Part shown: in pieces, positions 1 through 11,300 of the stretch
Layout: the number at the start of each line of letters is the position of its first letter
How positions within the stretch are numbered: the first letter of the stretch is position 1
Source of the DNA: a virus
Taxonomy: Duplodnaviria > Caudoviricetes
Reading direction: 5' to 3' (one strand)
Virus record (IMG/VR): IMGVR_UViG_3300023115_000018
Coordinates: 11,101-75,100 of that record
Length of the DNA stretch: 64,000 nucleotides
Translations under genes and position numbers: made by a program
Notes under the pieces: model-generated
What the model was told of the DNA's origin: nothing
Database searches by the model: none
Seen by the model: only the letters and a program-made list of their open reading frames with translations

Positions 1-603
1 GATGATATTTCAACAAATGTTGAAAATAAGAAAGTAATTAGTTTTAATTTTGATTCAAACTTCGATGTGCTTGGAAATATTACAAAGGGGTTTTATAATT
101 CAGAAGTTTATGCTGTGGATTTACTAACACGACAGGTTAATAATTATACACACTCATATTGGGAAAATTATGGAGACTACAAGTACTTGGACAGTAATAC
201 TTTTCAAGATACTACTGGTCAAGGAATGCAATATAAACCAAAAAACTTATATGTTGTTCCAGAAAGAGACTTGCAGGGTGGGAATCCTACATTTAATCAG
301 GAAAAACTCTTTCTTCCAAGATTGTTTTATATGCAGTTGATGAAAAACATAAAAGTAACTATTACTGTTTTTGGGGATACTGATGTTTGTGCTGGAGATG
401 TCTTAGAACTTGAAATGCCAATATATCAAAGAGATAACACAGGAACAAACAAATATTATAGTGGAAAGTATTTAGTGTTTGCAATTAGACATAGAATTGA
501 GGGTGGAAGATATCAAACTGACATTGAGTTGGTTAGAGATAGTATCGGACTTCCGTTACCAGCGGAACAGCCAACGCCTCCATCGGGTGGGAGTATACAA
601 TAA
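1..603 (+). CDS. Baseplate hub / tail protein (gp27-like, late control D-type), 5' end outside window
   Basis: Frame 1 is open from base 1 to TAA at 601-603. The C-terminal motif 'GDxxVxAGDVLEL...YSGKYLVFAIRHRI...TDIELVRDS' is typical of T4-like hub proteins. It lies directly upstream of gp5 with a TAATG overlap. Confidence 0.65.
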   Translation, partial: DDISTNVENKKVISFNFDSNFDVLGNITKGFYNSEVYAVDLLTRQVNNYTHSYWENYGDYKYLDSNTFQDTTGQGMQYKPKNLYVVPERDLQGGNPTFNQEKLFLPRLFYMQLMKNIKVTITVFGDTDVCAGDVLELEMPIYQRDNTGTNKYYSGKYLVFAIRHRIEGGRYQTDIELVRDSIGLPLPAEQPTPPSGGSIQ

Positions 604-2903
604 TGGATATGAATATGTTTTCGGGTAGAGAAGGAATGGTTTGGTGGCAGGGTGTTATCGAAGACGTAAAAGACCCAGAAGCTCTTGGACGAGTAAAAGT
701 TAGAATTATTGGATGGCATACTGCAGACAAGGCACTTCTTCCCACAGAAAAACTTCCATGGGCATCTCCAATTATGCCCATAACTAGTTCGTCCACTGGT
801 GGTATCGGACAATCTCCAACGGGCGCATTGCCTGGTGCATGGGTTATGGGATTTTTTAGAGATGGCGAACAGGGACAAGATCCTATAATTTTTGGAACAG
901 TTTATGGTCGTCCCACAGAGGGTTCGGAAACAAATGCAGATGGAACATATCCTTCAGATAGTGGATCAGTATTCGGTGGTTCTACTAAAAATGAGTCGGA
1001 TGTTAATAGACTTGCAAGGGGTGTAAGTGATAGTACATCTAATACAAATGGTGGAGATGAAAATACATCTTCTTCTGGAAATGCGACTGAATGTGGGAAA
1101 GAAGTTAACCAAGATGGTGTTTCAAGTGATAAAGAAAATAGAAAAAGACTTAGTAAGATTACTACAAAGTCTGGTAAAAGTGCTTGGGTTGCTACAGTAT
1201 TTAAAGATCAGTTCCAAGGATTTGTGAATGAACTTGAGAGTACAGGATATGTTATTAAAAGTATTGGTGGATATGCATATCGAAAAAATGTAAATAATCC
1301 AAGTAGATTTAGTTACCATGCTAGTGGTGCTGCAATTGATATTAATCCCGCCGAGAATCCTAATGGGAATACACTAATAACAGATATGCCAGACGGCGTA
1401 TCATCTATTGCCAGAAAGTATGGACTAGGTTGGGGAGGTGATTGGAATAGTGTTAAGGATGCAATGCACTTTAGTGCAGCATCTGGAGAAAGAGGATCTA
1501 CTCCCTTAAAACGAAATGGTATTGTTCCTGACCCAGCATCAGGCAGTCAAACCGAAAGTTCTTCTGGTGGCGGTACTGATAAGCCAGGAGAGAGTCAAGA
1601 ATGTGATACCGTAACAACCAGTGAATCGGGCGCAACTTCTAGTAGGTCTGCAGATACAGCAGCGCAACAACAAAGTCAGGCACCATCTGCAAGTGCAACA
1701 CAATGGTCTGCTGGGAAATCTTATAATGAAGGCGATTTGGTAAAATCTCCACCACTGGCAGAAGGAGAAGAGTCTGGTGGGCCTCCATACACAATGCGTT
1801 CTGGAACTTTGGCAGCTGCCGAAGCACTTGGAATTAGTGCGATCGATCTTGCAACTGTGATGTCTTATGAAACTGGTGGTACACTTGACCCTCAAAAAAG
1901 AGGGCCTACTACTAAATGGGGTCAACATAGAGGACTTATTCAATTTGGAGAACCGCAGGCAAACCAATATGGCGTAGACTTCAGTACTCCACAGACAGCA
2001 ATAGACACCCAACTTGGCCCAAGTGGTGCGGTAGTTAAGTATTTGCGAGATAAAGGTGTCAGGCCCGGCATGGGTAGACTAGAAGTTTATTCTGCAATCA
2101 ATGCTGGTGGTATCGGAGAAAAGTATTATAGTCGTTCAGATACCGCAGCTGGCGGGGCGGCAGGGACTGTTAGAGATAAAGTAAACAATCAGATGGAAGG
2201 TCATGAAAGAAACGCCAGACGACTTCTGGCGGGTTCTAATGATAGTACATTTGTTCAACAAAAAACCTTTATTGCGAAAAACTCTGGAACATCTGATACG
2301 GATGGCAACGGCCCAACTTCTGCAAGTTTAAAGGATGGTGATATTCTTTGGGAAGTATATGAAGATCCATTACCAGAGATAGATGATGCAGTGGAAGAAG
2401 GCAGTGTGGTAGATGTGGATCAGTCTCCATCAACGTTCAATGCAAACTCTGGAAACTCTTCATATGGACAGGATACATACAACCCACGTTCTATTGTTGA
2501 AATGAAAAAAGAAAGTACAGAAAGTACAGAATTATTTGATGAACCACCAACACCATATGCCGCAGAGTATCCACATAATAAAGTGTTATCTACTGAATCT
2601 GGGCATCATCAAGAATTTGATGACACGCCGGGGGCAGAAAGAATACATACATATCATAGATCTGGAACATTTGAAGAAATACATCCAGATGGTTCTGTAG
2701 TTACAAAGGTTGTTAAGGATAATTATGAAATTATCTTTGGTAATGATAATATTTACGTCAAGGGAACGATTAATGTTGTTGTAGATGCAGATGTAAATAT
2801 TAGAATAGGTGGTAATGTCGATGCAAAGGTTGGTGGAACAATTGATACTGAATCTGGTGGGAATACCACAATAAAAGCACCAAACATTCATTTAAACCCA
2901 TAA
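603..2903 (+). CDS. gp5: Baseplate central spike gp5 with inserted M15 peptidase and lysozyme-like domains
   Basis: N-terminal gp5 OB-fold (WWQGVIEDVKDPEALGRVKVRIIGWH...LPWA...GAWVMGFFRDG) and C-terminal 'YPHNKVLSTESGHHQEFDDTPGAERIHTYHRSGTFEEI' plus a short beta-helix ending IHLNP. Internal SYHASGAAID...WGGDW...DAMHF (M15 zinc peptidase) and SYETGG...GLIQFG (lysozyme-like). Confidence 0.93.
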   Translation: MDMNMFSGREGMVWWQGVIEDVKDPEALGRVKVRIIGWHTADKALLPTEKLPWASPIMPITSSSTGGIGQSPTGALPGAWVMGFFRDGEQGQDPIIFGTVYGRPTEGSETNADGTYPSDSGSVFGGSTKNESDVNRLARGVSDSTSNTNGGDENTSSSGNATECGKEVNQDGVSSDKENRKRLSKITTKSGKSAWVATVFKDQFQGFVNELESTGYVIKSIGGYAYRKNVNNPSRFSYHASGAAIDINPAENPNGNTLITDMPDGVSSIARKYGLGWGGDWNSVKDAMHFSAASGERGSTPLKRNGIVPDPASGSQTESSSGGGTDKPGESQECDTVTTSESGATSSRSADTAAQQQSQAPSASATQWSAGKSYNEGDLVKSPPLAEGEESGGPPYTMRSGTLAAAEALGISAIDLATVMSYETGGTLDPQKRGPTTKWGQHRGLIQFGEPQANQYGVDFSTPQTAIDTQLGPSGAVVKYLRDKGVRPGMGRLEVYSAINAGGIGEKYYSRSDTAAGGAAGTVRDKVNNQMEGHERNARRLLAGSNDSTFVQQKTFIAKNSGTSDTDGNGPTSASLKDGDILWEVYEDPLPEIDDAVEEGSVVDVDQSPSTFNANSGNSSYGQDTYNPRSIVEMKKESTESTELFDEPPTPYAAEYPHNKVLSTESGHHQEFDDTPGAERIHTYHRSGTFEEIHPDGSVVTKVVKDNYEIIFGNDNIYVKGTINVVVDADVNIRIGGNVDAKVGGTIDTESGGNTTIKAPNIHLNP

Positions 2904-2912
2904 GAGGAAGTC

Positions 2913-3428
2913 ATGTCAAATTTAAATAGTGCAACAGAAAGACTTGGGATACTACCATCTAAAAGAGATCAATATATTGATTTTGATCTAACGTTTAGGC
3001 GAAATCCAGTCAGTGGAGATGTTTTAATCAAAAAAGATATAAGTTCAATAAATCAAAGTATTAAAAATATTTTATTGACTAATAAACTTGAAAAACCATT
3101 TCAACCAAGGTTTGGTGGAAATGTTTACAATACTTTATTTGATTTAATGACGAATTGGGATTATAGAGGTTCGCCGCATGACATAAATATGCAAGAAGAG
3201 ATAAAACTTGCATTAAAAACCCATGAACCAAGGATAGTAGTTTCTGATGTTAATTTTTTCTCTAGGGAAAGAGTTATGTCATCACTAAAAGGAATAAAAT
3301 CAGAAGACGAAAGAATACGCCAGGCACAGTTAGTAGACAATAATACCTTAGAGATTAGTATAGTATACAACGTTCCTGCATCTGAAGAAGATATATCATT
3401 TCAATTTAGTATAAAAAGAGTACGATAA
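2913..3428 (+). CDS. gp25: Baseplate wedge subunit gp25
   Basis: 'YIDFDLTF...SINQSIKNILLTNKLEKPFQPRFGG...LF...EPRI' gp25/GPW motif, located between gp5 and gp6. Confidence 0.92.
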   Translation: MSNLNSATERLGILPSKRDQYIDFDLTFRRNPVSGDVLIKKDISSINQSIKNILLTNKLEKPFQPRFGGNVYNTLFDLMTNWDYRGSPHDINMQEEIKLALKTHEPRIVVSDVNFFSRERVMSSLKGIKSEDERIRQAQLVDNNTLEISIVYNVPASEEDISFQFSIKRVR

Positions 3429-5372
3429 ATGGCTAAAAACATAAACATATCAGATTTAAGTTTTGATGGAATAAAAGACAATATCAAAAAATACATGGAG
3501 AACGATAAAGTTTTCAAAGATTATAACTTTGATGGTTCTGCATTGTCTAGCATACTCGACATACTATCATATAATACCTATTATAACTCATATTATATGA
3601 ATATGATTGCAAACGAAAGTTTTTTAGACACAGCAAGAATTCGTGAGAATGTTGTATCCAAGGCAAAGTTGTTGGGTTATACTCCACGTTCTAATAAGTC
3701 TGCGACTGCATTGGTTGCAGTAACATTTAAGATTATTAGAAAGAATAGACAAGAAAGAGATTATCAATATAACACATTAAGAATCGATAGACAACTTGCA
3801 TTTTCTACTTCTATTGACAACGAATCTTTTGTTTTTGTTCCGAAGGTTTCTAGGTCAATTACAAGGTCACGCTCTGCAGCAGAACCAGATGGTTCAAGGG
3901 CTCATTACTATACTATAAACGATTTAGAATTGTTTCAAGGTCAACAAGTGGAAGAAAAGTTTGTTGTTGATATTAACAATCCAAATCAAAAATTTATTTT
4001 ATCTAACGAAAATGTAGATACTGACACTATTCAAGTTCTAGTACAGGCAAGTGCAGACGATGATGTTGTTTCTGAATTTAATTTAGCAACTGATACTACA
4101 CAACTTTCGGATATTTCTAAAACATATTTTCTTCAAGAATCTAAAGATATGAAATATGAAATATTTTTTGGTGATGGTGTTCTTGGGGATGAAGTGGAAA
4201 ATGGAAATATAATTACTGTTCGTTATATTACAACAAAGGGCGCCAATGGAAATGGTATTACTGGAAGACTTACTGCGATTGCATTACCTAAAGGCGTAAT
4301 CGTTGATACTGAAAATGTTCAGATTATTGGTGAGAGTTATGGTGGTGCTGACAGAGAAGATATTGAGTCTATTAAGTTCTTTGCACCAAGGACATTTGAA
4401 AGTCAGAACAGAGCAGTTACCGCTAGAGACTATAAGGCGATTGTTCCACAAATTTATCCAGAGGTAGACACAATGAATGTTTGGGGTGGGGAAGACAACG
4501 ACCCTCCTGCATATGGTTCTGTATTTATGTCTATTAAACCGAATACTGGACTAATTCTTTCCACTCAAGAAAAACAGTATATTTTAAATCAGTTAAAAAG
4601 TAATTATTCGGTTCTTACTCTTTCGCCTCAAATTGTCGACCCTGATTATTTGAAATTGAAGATAACCACAAATGTAAAGTATAATGATGAGGCGACTTTA
4701 TTAGATGAGTCATCTTTGAAAGAATCTGTAAGACAAACTATCATTTCTTATAATAATGAGTTTTTAAACGAATTTAATAGTTATTTTAGATATTCACAGT
4801 TTTTGTCTGCCATTGATAAAACCGATGATTCTGTTACAAATAATATTACAGAAATTTTGATGATTAATGAAAAAACTCCAGTATATAATGGTGTTGCGTC
4901 ATACACATTTAATTTTAATAATGCAATACGTCCTAATAGTTTGTATTCTAATGCATTTACTATTTCTGGTTCAAGTGACCCACATTATATTGAAGATGAT
5001 GGATTGGGCGGATTGAGAATATACACATTAACTCCATTGTTCGCTAGAAAATATAATAATGTTTTGGGTGGAACTATAAACTATGGAACTGGTAAAGTTG
5101 TTTTAAATGATATTCAGATTAGTGGTATCGTTGGTTCAACTGTTTTAGGTTTGGTTGCAGAACCAGAATCTAATGATATATTTCCTGTTCGCAATCAAAT
5201 TATCTTTATTGATTATGACGAACTTGATATTGTAATGATGCCTGATACAGATGAATTTAATGTGAACTACGATATCTCTTCACAGAGAGTGGTTGTCACT
5301 AGATCACTTAGAACAACATATAATACATCACAGGCAAGTATTACAAATGTAATATCTGATACTACAACATAA
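3429..5372 (+). CDS. gp6: Baseplate wedge subunit gp6
   Basis: 'LSFDGIKDNIK...FKDYNFDGSALSSILDILSYNTYY...NESFLDTA', 'YEIFFGDGVLG' and 'QNRAVTARDY...VWGGEDNDPPAYG'; 647 aa. Confidence 0.95.
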   Translation: MAKNINISDLSFDGIKDNIKKYMENDKVFKDYNFDGSALSSILDILSYNTYYNSYYMNMIANESFLDTARIRENVVSKAKLLGYTPRSNKSATALVAVTFKIIRKNRQERDYQYNTLRIDRQLAFSTSIDNESFVFVPKVSRSITRSRSAAEPDGSRAHYYTINDLELFQGQQVEEKFVVDINNPNQKFILSNENVDTDTIQVLVQASADDDVVSEFNLATDTTQLSDISKTYFLQESKDMKYEIFFGDGVLGDEVENGNIITVRYITTKGANGNGITGRLTAIALPKGVIVDTENVQIIGESYGGADREDIESIKFFAPRTFESQNRAVTARDYKAIVPQIYPEVDTMNVWGGEDNDPPAYGSVFMSIKPNTGLILSTQEKQYILNQLKSNYSVLTLSPQIVDPDYLKLKITTNVKYNDEATLLDESSLKESVRQTIISYNNEFLNEFNSYFRYSQFLSAIDKTDDSVTNNITEILMINEKTPVYNGVASYTFNFNNAIRPNSLYSNAFTISGSSDPHYIEDDGLGGLRIYTLTPLFARKYNNVLGGTINYGTGKVVLNDIQISGIVGSTVLGLVAEPESNDIFPVRNQIIFIDYDELDIVMMPDTDEFNVNYDISSQRVVVTRSLRTTYNTSQASITNVISDTTT

Positions 5373-5390
5373 CAGCAGAAGTTAAATTAA

Positions 5391-8300
5391 ATGGATAGAA
5401 CTAATTTACAAAATATTGCATCTAGGATAAGAGAACAACTTCCTACTTATTTAAACAGTAGTGAATATGATAACTTTGTTCGTTTTTTAGAACTGTATTA
5501 TGAATGGTTGGCACTAGATGACAATGTTAGTAATGTCACTGGAAAAATTACTTCACTTACAGACTTAGACGAAACTTTTGATGTTTTTGTTCAAGAGTTT
5601 AAGTCTGAACTTGCTGGCGCATGGCCAACCATTACCAAGATTAAAACAAATACTCAAATTGCAACTGAAATTTTGCAAGAAGCAAACAATGGCGAAAATG
5701 CAGAAACATCTATAGATACTACTGCTGACCAAGAATTTTTTACTGACGGCGTTTCTGCAAAATATGTAATGGATTATTTTAATCCCTTTTATTATTTCTC
5801 AGATCAAGATGTAGACACAAAAGTTACTAAGATACGAGTCTTTATAAATGATGTCAATTTTGCTGGAAGAGTTGGGGAATCTTTAAGTGAGGTTGTGGAA
5901 AATTTAACACCCCCAAATGATGATCCAACTGGAAGTACTGGTGATTGGGTCGAGTTAATTGAAGGGATTGACTATAGACTTTTAGAAAATTCTATTATTT
6001 TTCAAGACGAAAATAACGATCCGATTGTCCACGATAATCGTGATATTATAAAAATAAGATTTTATTTGAGAACTTTTGTAAGTCCTATTGCAGACGCAGA
6101 TACTGAATCTGCAATCCAAAAATTAGTAGAAGAAAGTGGAAAAGAAAAAACCAGATATACTAATGAAAGAAACTTTTTAAAGTTAATTAATAAGTTCTAT
6201 AAACAAAAGGGCAGCGAAAGTTCCTATAAATTTTTGTTTAGGGCGCTGTTTAATGAAGATATAGAAATATATTACCCAAAAGAAAACTTGTTAAAACCAA
6301 GTTCTAATACTTGGCAAACACTAACAAGTCTTAGGACTGTTCCGTATGAAGGCCCAGTTAAGATCAATCAACCACTGTTCATTGAAGGTGCGTCTAGTGG
6401 TGCCTCAGCAAATATTGAATATTTCAATGATTATACTTTAGGTGATTATAAAGTTCGTGAATATGTAATTAGTTCTATCAATGGTGAGTTTTCTAGTAAA
6501 GAAACTGTAAAAATAAAACAAATAGATTCGTCCATTTATGAAGAAAGTTTATATGAGTGTGTTGTAGGATTTGAAATAGAAAATCCTGGCGAAGATATGC
6601 CAAGAAATTTGACATTACAAAATAATTTATCTTCGAATGGGAGTGGTTATGGTTTTGCTGCAAAAATTGCACACACTTCTTACGGCCCAGTTGAAAATAT
6701 CAAAATTGTTAATAATGGAGATCAGTATATTACTGGGGAAACAATTGAGTTTCAAAATGGTAATACATTAGGTTCATACGCTATTGGACAAATTAGTTCT
6801 ATTCAATCTGTTAAAAATAATTTTAGTGTTTCGTTTTTTCAAAATCCAGAAAGTTTAGAATATCCAGTCATGTCATTTGATATTGGACTGTCTGGTTATG
6901 ATTTTGGCCCAAGAGCTCAGAATCCAACAGTTACAATAGAGAATATAGATTATCTCTATGATGATGTTTTTTATCTATATGACTATGAAGACATTTATAA
7001 TAGAAAAATCACACATCAGGCCCAAACATTTTTTGCCGCTGTCAAAGATTATAAAACTGGGGAGTTGAGTTCGACTTATAGAAGTTCTATAACTCCAGTC
7101 GAAGATCCACCATTCATAATTACAAATTTAAACGAGGGCGACCCCACAGAATATAGATTAAGAACAGACTTGGAGTTTCAAGTTACATCTGTAAATGAAT
7201 TTGGTGGTATTACTGGAGTTTCAATCACAAATAACTTAGCAAGTCCAACCAATGTTTTCCCACAAGTCGCAGATGTGAGAAATCAAATCGCAACTTACCA
7301 TCAGGGAAGGGGTGTTGGTGCGTTATTTGATGTTACATATCTTGATAATGTAATAACTTCTGTCACTTTAGGAAGTCAAGATAATTCTAAACATTATGTT
7401 CCTGGCGATTTTATTAAAATTGACGGTGAACAATTTTATAATGGTGTATCTGGTGTTCACGATATCTTTATAAAAGTATTAACAGTCACAGGTGGCGCAG
7501 CCTACTTAAATCTAGACGCATCTTCATACACTACAACCTCTAGAATTGGTTCTGGTGCCGTGTGGGATATTGATACAGACGAACCAACTTATCCGCAAAA
7601 TCTTTCTGTTCTTTTGAGTGATGCAAATGGTCAAGGAATTTTATCACCAACCACGAATTATATTGTCGGTGATAAATTTACAATTTTGGGTTCTGTTGTA
7701 GGTGGTACTGACGGAGAGAATGACATAACAATTACCGTTACACAAGTCAACGATGAAGGACGAATTGAAGATTTTGAAGTTTTTGCTAATCCAATAGGTG
7801 GACATATATCAACATTTGAAGTTTTAAATCCAACAACTCCGATGCCAGATGGATATTCATATTACTACGCACCACAATATACCGCTTCTACTCAAAATGG
7901 CGGAACTTCTGGTACTGGTGCAATATTTAATTTTATTAGAAGAGATGGAACAACATATTATGTAACAAATCCTGCATCAAGATTTAATGGAATTAACTAT
8001 TCTGTTGGCGATTCAATTACAATACTTGGTAGTGAATTGGGAGGTGTTGATGGAATCAACGATCTAGTTTTTGATGTAATTAAGATTGACGATAATGGTG
8101 GCATATTACAGATTGGAAATATTACTGGTACGGCGATTAATTCATCACCAGAAAATCTAAACAAAAATGAAAATCTAGTTAGTGTTATGACCAATGGTTA
8201 TGGTGCAACTTTTGACATTAACATCAATAATGGTGTGTATACTGTTACACCAAATCAACCAGGCGCTAATTATCTTGAAGGACAAAATTTTAAGATTAAA

Positions 8301-11300
8301 GGTTATAAGTTAGCGCACCAATACTTAAAAGAAGGATTTAAGGCGGGACTTGCAAAAGTTGGAGATCACGCATTATACACAGATTATGGATGGTTGAGAA
8401 GTGATAACATCGATCTAAAATTTGATACTGAATTAACTAATAAAGAACTGACAATAGATTTTTGGTATTTTAGAAAATCTATTTCTATTACAGATATAGA
8501 TTCGCCTGGCGGCGTCATCTTTGCAATCAATAGTGAAGATGGTGGAACTCAGCATTTAACTCTTTGGCAAAATTATGATGGTACTATTGATTTAATCGAT
8601 TCTTCTGGTAATACGCTTGGCGCAAGGTCAGTACCATTTGGAGAATGGAACCACATTGCAGTTTATTTTTCTAACAACGGAACTTCTATCTATTTGAACG
8701 GACAGTTAGAAAACACGATTCCTGGCGTCAATATGTTAAATTATAGTACAAACTCAAATTTCTATATTGGCGCAAGACAAATTGTAGATGGAAATTCTTT
8801 AGTAATTATGAATGATTATACTCTAGGTTTCTTTGGTGCATTTAGAATGACCAAAGGAGAAAGATATATTGCTAGTTACGAATCCAATATTAATTTAGAA
8901 GGAGATCCAGCAGCAGTCGAGGCTGCATTTGATGATTGGTACAGATTTTCACATTCTGGTGCATCATCATACCAAGCAACCCCCAGTGACTTGTCTGCAT
9001 GGATTTATAACTCTAGTACAAATAGTATCGAATGTACTGCAAATACATCTAGTTTTACTGGTTTTATCGGCCCAACTCCTGCAACAAACTTAGAATTTGA
9101 ATCTGTTTTGTCAAGTACTTCAAGTGACGATGATACACTTGCACTTATTATTGGATTTGTGACTAATGGACTTCAGCCGACAGACGCTGGATATAAAGAA
9201 TATACTTTGAGTGCAGTCAGAAATATGGGTGGAACTAATCCTTCAGTCGGTTGGGGATTAGTATATAATTATCTACAAGATGATCAGATTATTCTTGAAA
9301 CTTCAAATGTACCATTTATTTCTGGTGGATGGAGTGCAAATGGTGCCACAAAAGTAAAAGTAATAAAAAATGGTGCAAATGTATATGCAACTACTTCTCA
9401 AAATGGGTCAACTTCTTTAGATTCCTCAACTACACTTTATGTCGATTTAAGTACAAATCCAGTCTTAAATAAATTTGAAGGTGCAATCCAGTGGGGATTT
9501 GGCGCACATAGTCAAGATGCTGCAAACTTTTCATTGTTAGATGCATCGGGGTCATCTACTGGTGTTACAATAGAAGACAAAGGAACACAGAATCCTGTTT
9601 CTGGTAATGGAATAAGTCCAGAACATGTCAATCCTGTTCCCTTTAGACAAGATATTAGACAATCATCCAGATATTTGGAACGAGTTGATGCCGTTGGTGG
9701 AGAAACAGTTGTTGAATTATTCTATGATGCTAATGCTGCGGTGAACATATTCAAAGTTACAGATAGTATTATCGCCCCAGAAAACATTCCAGATTCGTTT
9801 CCAACAAATCCTATAGATCGGTTGATTTGGGAGTGGGCAGACAATTATTATATCTGGATTGATGGTTTGTGGAAAAATTATGTCGAAGTTGACCCATCTG
9901 AGTATAATGCAACAACTGGTACTGCGATAACCTTTACTAGTCCGTTGGGCGCCGGTGATATTATATTGATTAGATATTATGGTGCATTATCAGACAGACT
10001 TGAATATGTTATATTCAATAGTGAATCTTTGGTAGAGCCAAATAAAATAAGATTGAGAAAGTGGGTAGATAATCCTCAAACTCTTGATGACACTATGGCG
10101 CAATATCAATTGCCTGACGCCCATACACTGACTGTTGAATGGGAAGAAATTCCAAAGTCTGGTATTGAGACTACTAGACTTATTACAGGTGGTGAGGGTT
10201 ATATTAGATATCCATATGGAAATGTGGCAAGAGAAACTTTGTCATACACTTCTACTGGTAAAAATGGAGTTTTGCGAGGACTTGGAAAAGATATTGGTAA
10301 AATTAATAGACTAGAAATATATTCAAATCCATTTAGAGAAGATTTTGATGGATTTGGAGTTGGATATGACACACCACCAGAAATTGATTTGAGTAGTTAT
10401 GGTAACGGCCAAGCGTCTATTAAAGTATTAACTGGGCCTCTATGTGTTCGTGAAGGTGTTTATGTCAATCAACAAGGATTTATTTCAGATGATAATCGTA
10501 TTCATGATGGATATCTATGGCAGGATTACTCTTATGTTGTAAAAGTAAACAGATATATTGATGAGTGGAGAAGAATCGTTAAGAAGATTATTCACCCCGC
10601 TGGATTGATGATGTTTGGAGAATTTACTACTCTAACTAAGGCTTCTGTAAGAAAAGGACTTGGAGTTGCATATCGTGAACTCATGTTTGAAATTATTAAA
10701 AATGTTAATTTGAGAATGCGAAATATGGATGGTAGTGGGAGTTGGACATATTCTACTGCACAACAAACTGACATCAATGATTTAAATTCTCATGGTTATT
10801 ATTTTGTATATGATAATCGTCAACTTAGTATTGACAGTGAAATTGATGGCCTTTATCAGGGCGTAGGAACTGGAGAAATATCTGATGATACAGTTGGTGC
10901 AGCAACATTAGATAGTGGGTCTGGTAGATATGCATTATTAGATGAAAATGGAAATAATGCTTTGCGTTGGTCAGATGTAAAGAAAATTGCAATCAACTAC
11001 AAAGATGCGTATGGAAAAGATTATGGGCACTATTGGTCATCTAAAATACTTGGTAACACATTTACAATATATGATACATCTGATGAGAGTATGACTAATG
11101 ATGAATGGATAAATGTAAGACCTTGGGCAAAGTATGTTGTAGAGAGTGTGGAACTAGACCCTGATTATCTTGACAGAATTGCAGTTTTTGATGTGAAGAT
11201 TATTCAGTCTTATAGAGAACTTCCTTCTACCGCTCCTCAAAATAGAGTCGAGTTTAGATGGGACAATATTTGGCGTGGAAATGTAAACAGACAACCAAAC

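Noticed and set aside
3182-3189. Intragenic NATAAATA matches (3182, 20843, 44013)
   Set aside because: One-mismatch hits inside coding sequence of an AT-rich genome are expected by chance. The one at 44013, about 60 nt before ATG 44083, could be real but is unsupported.
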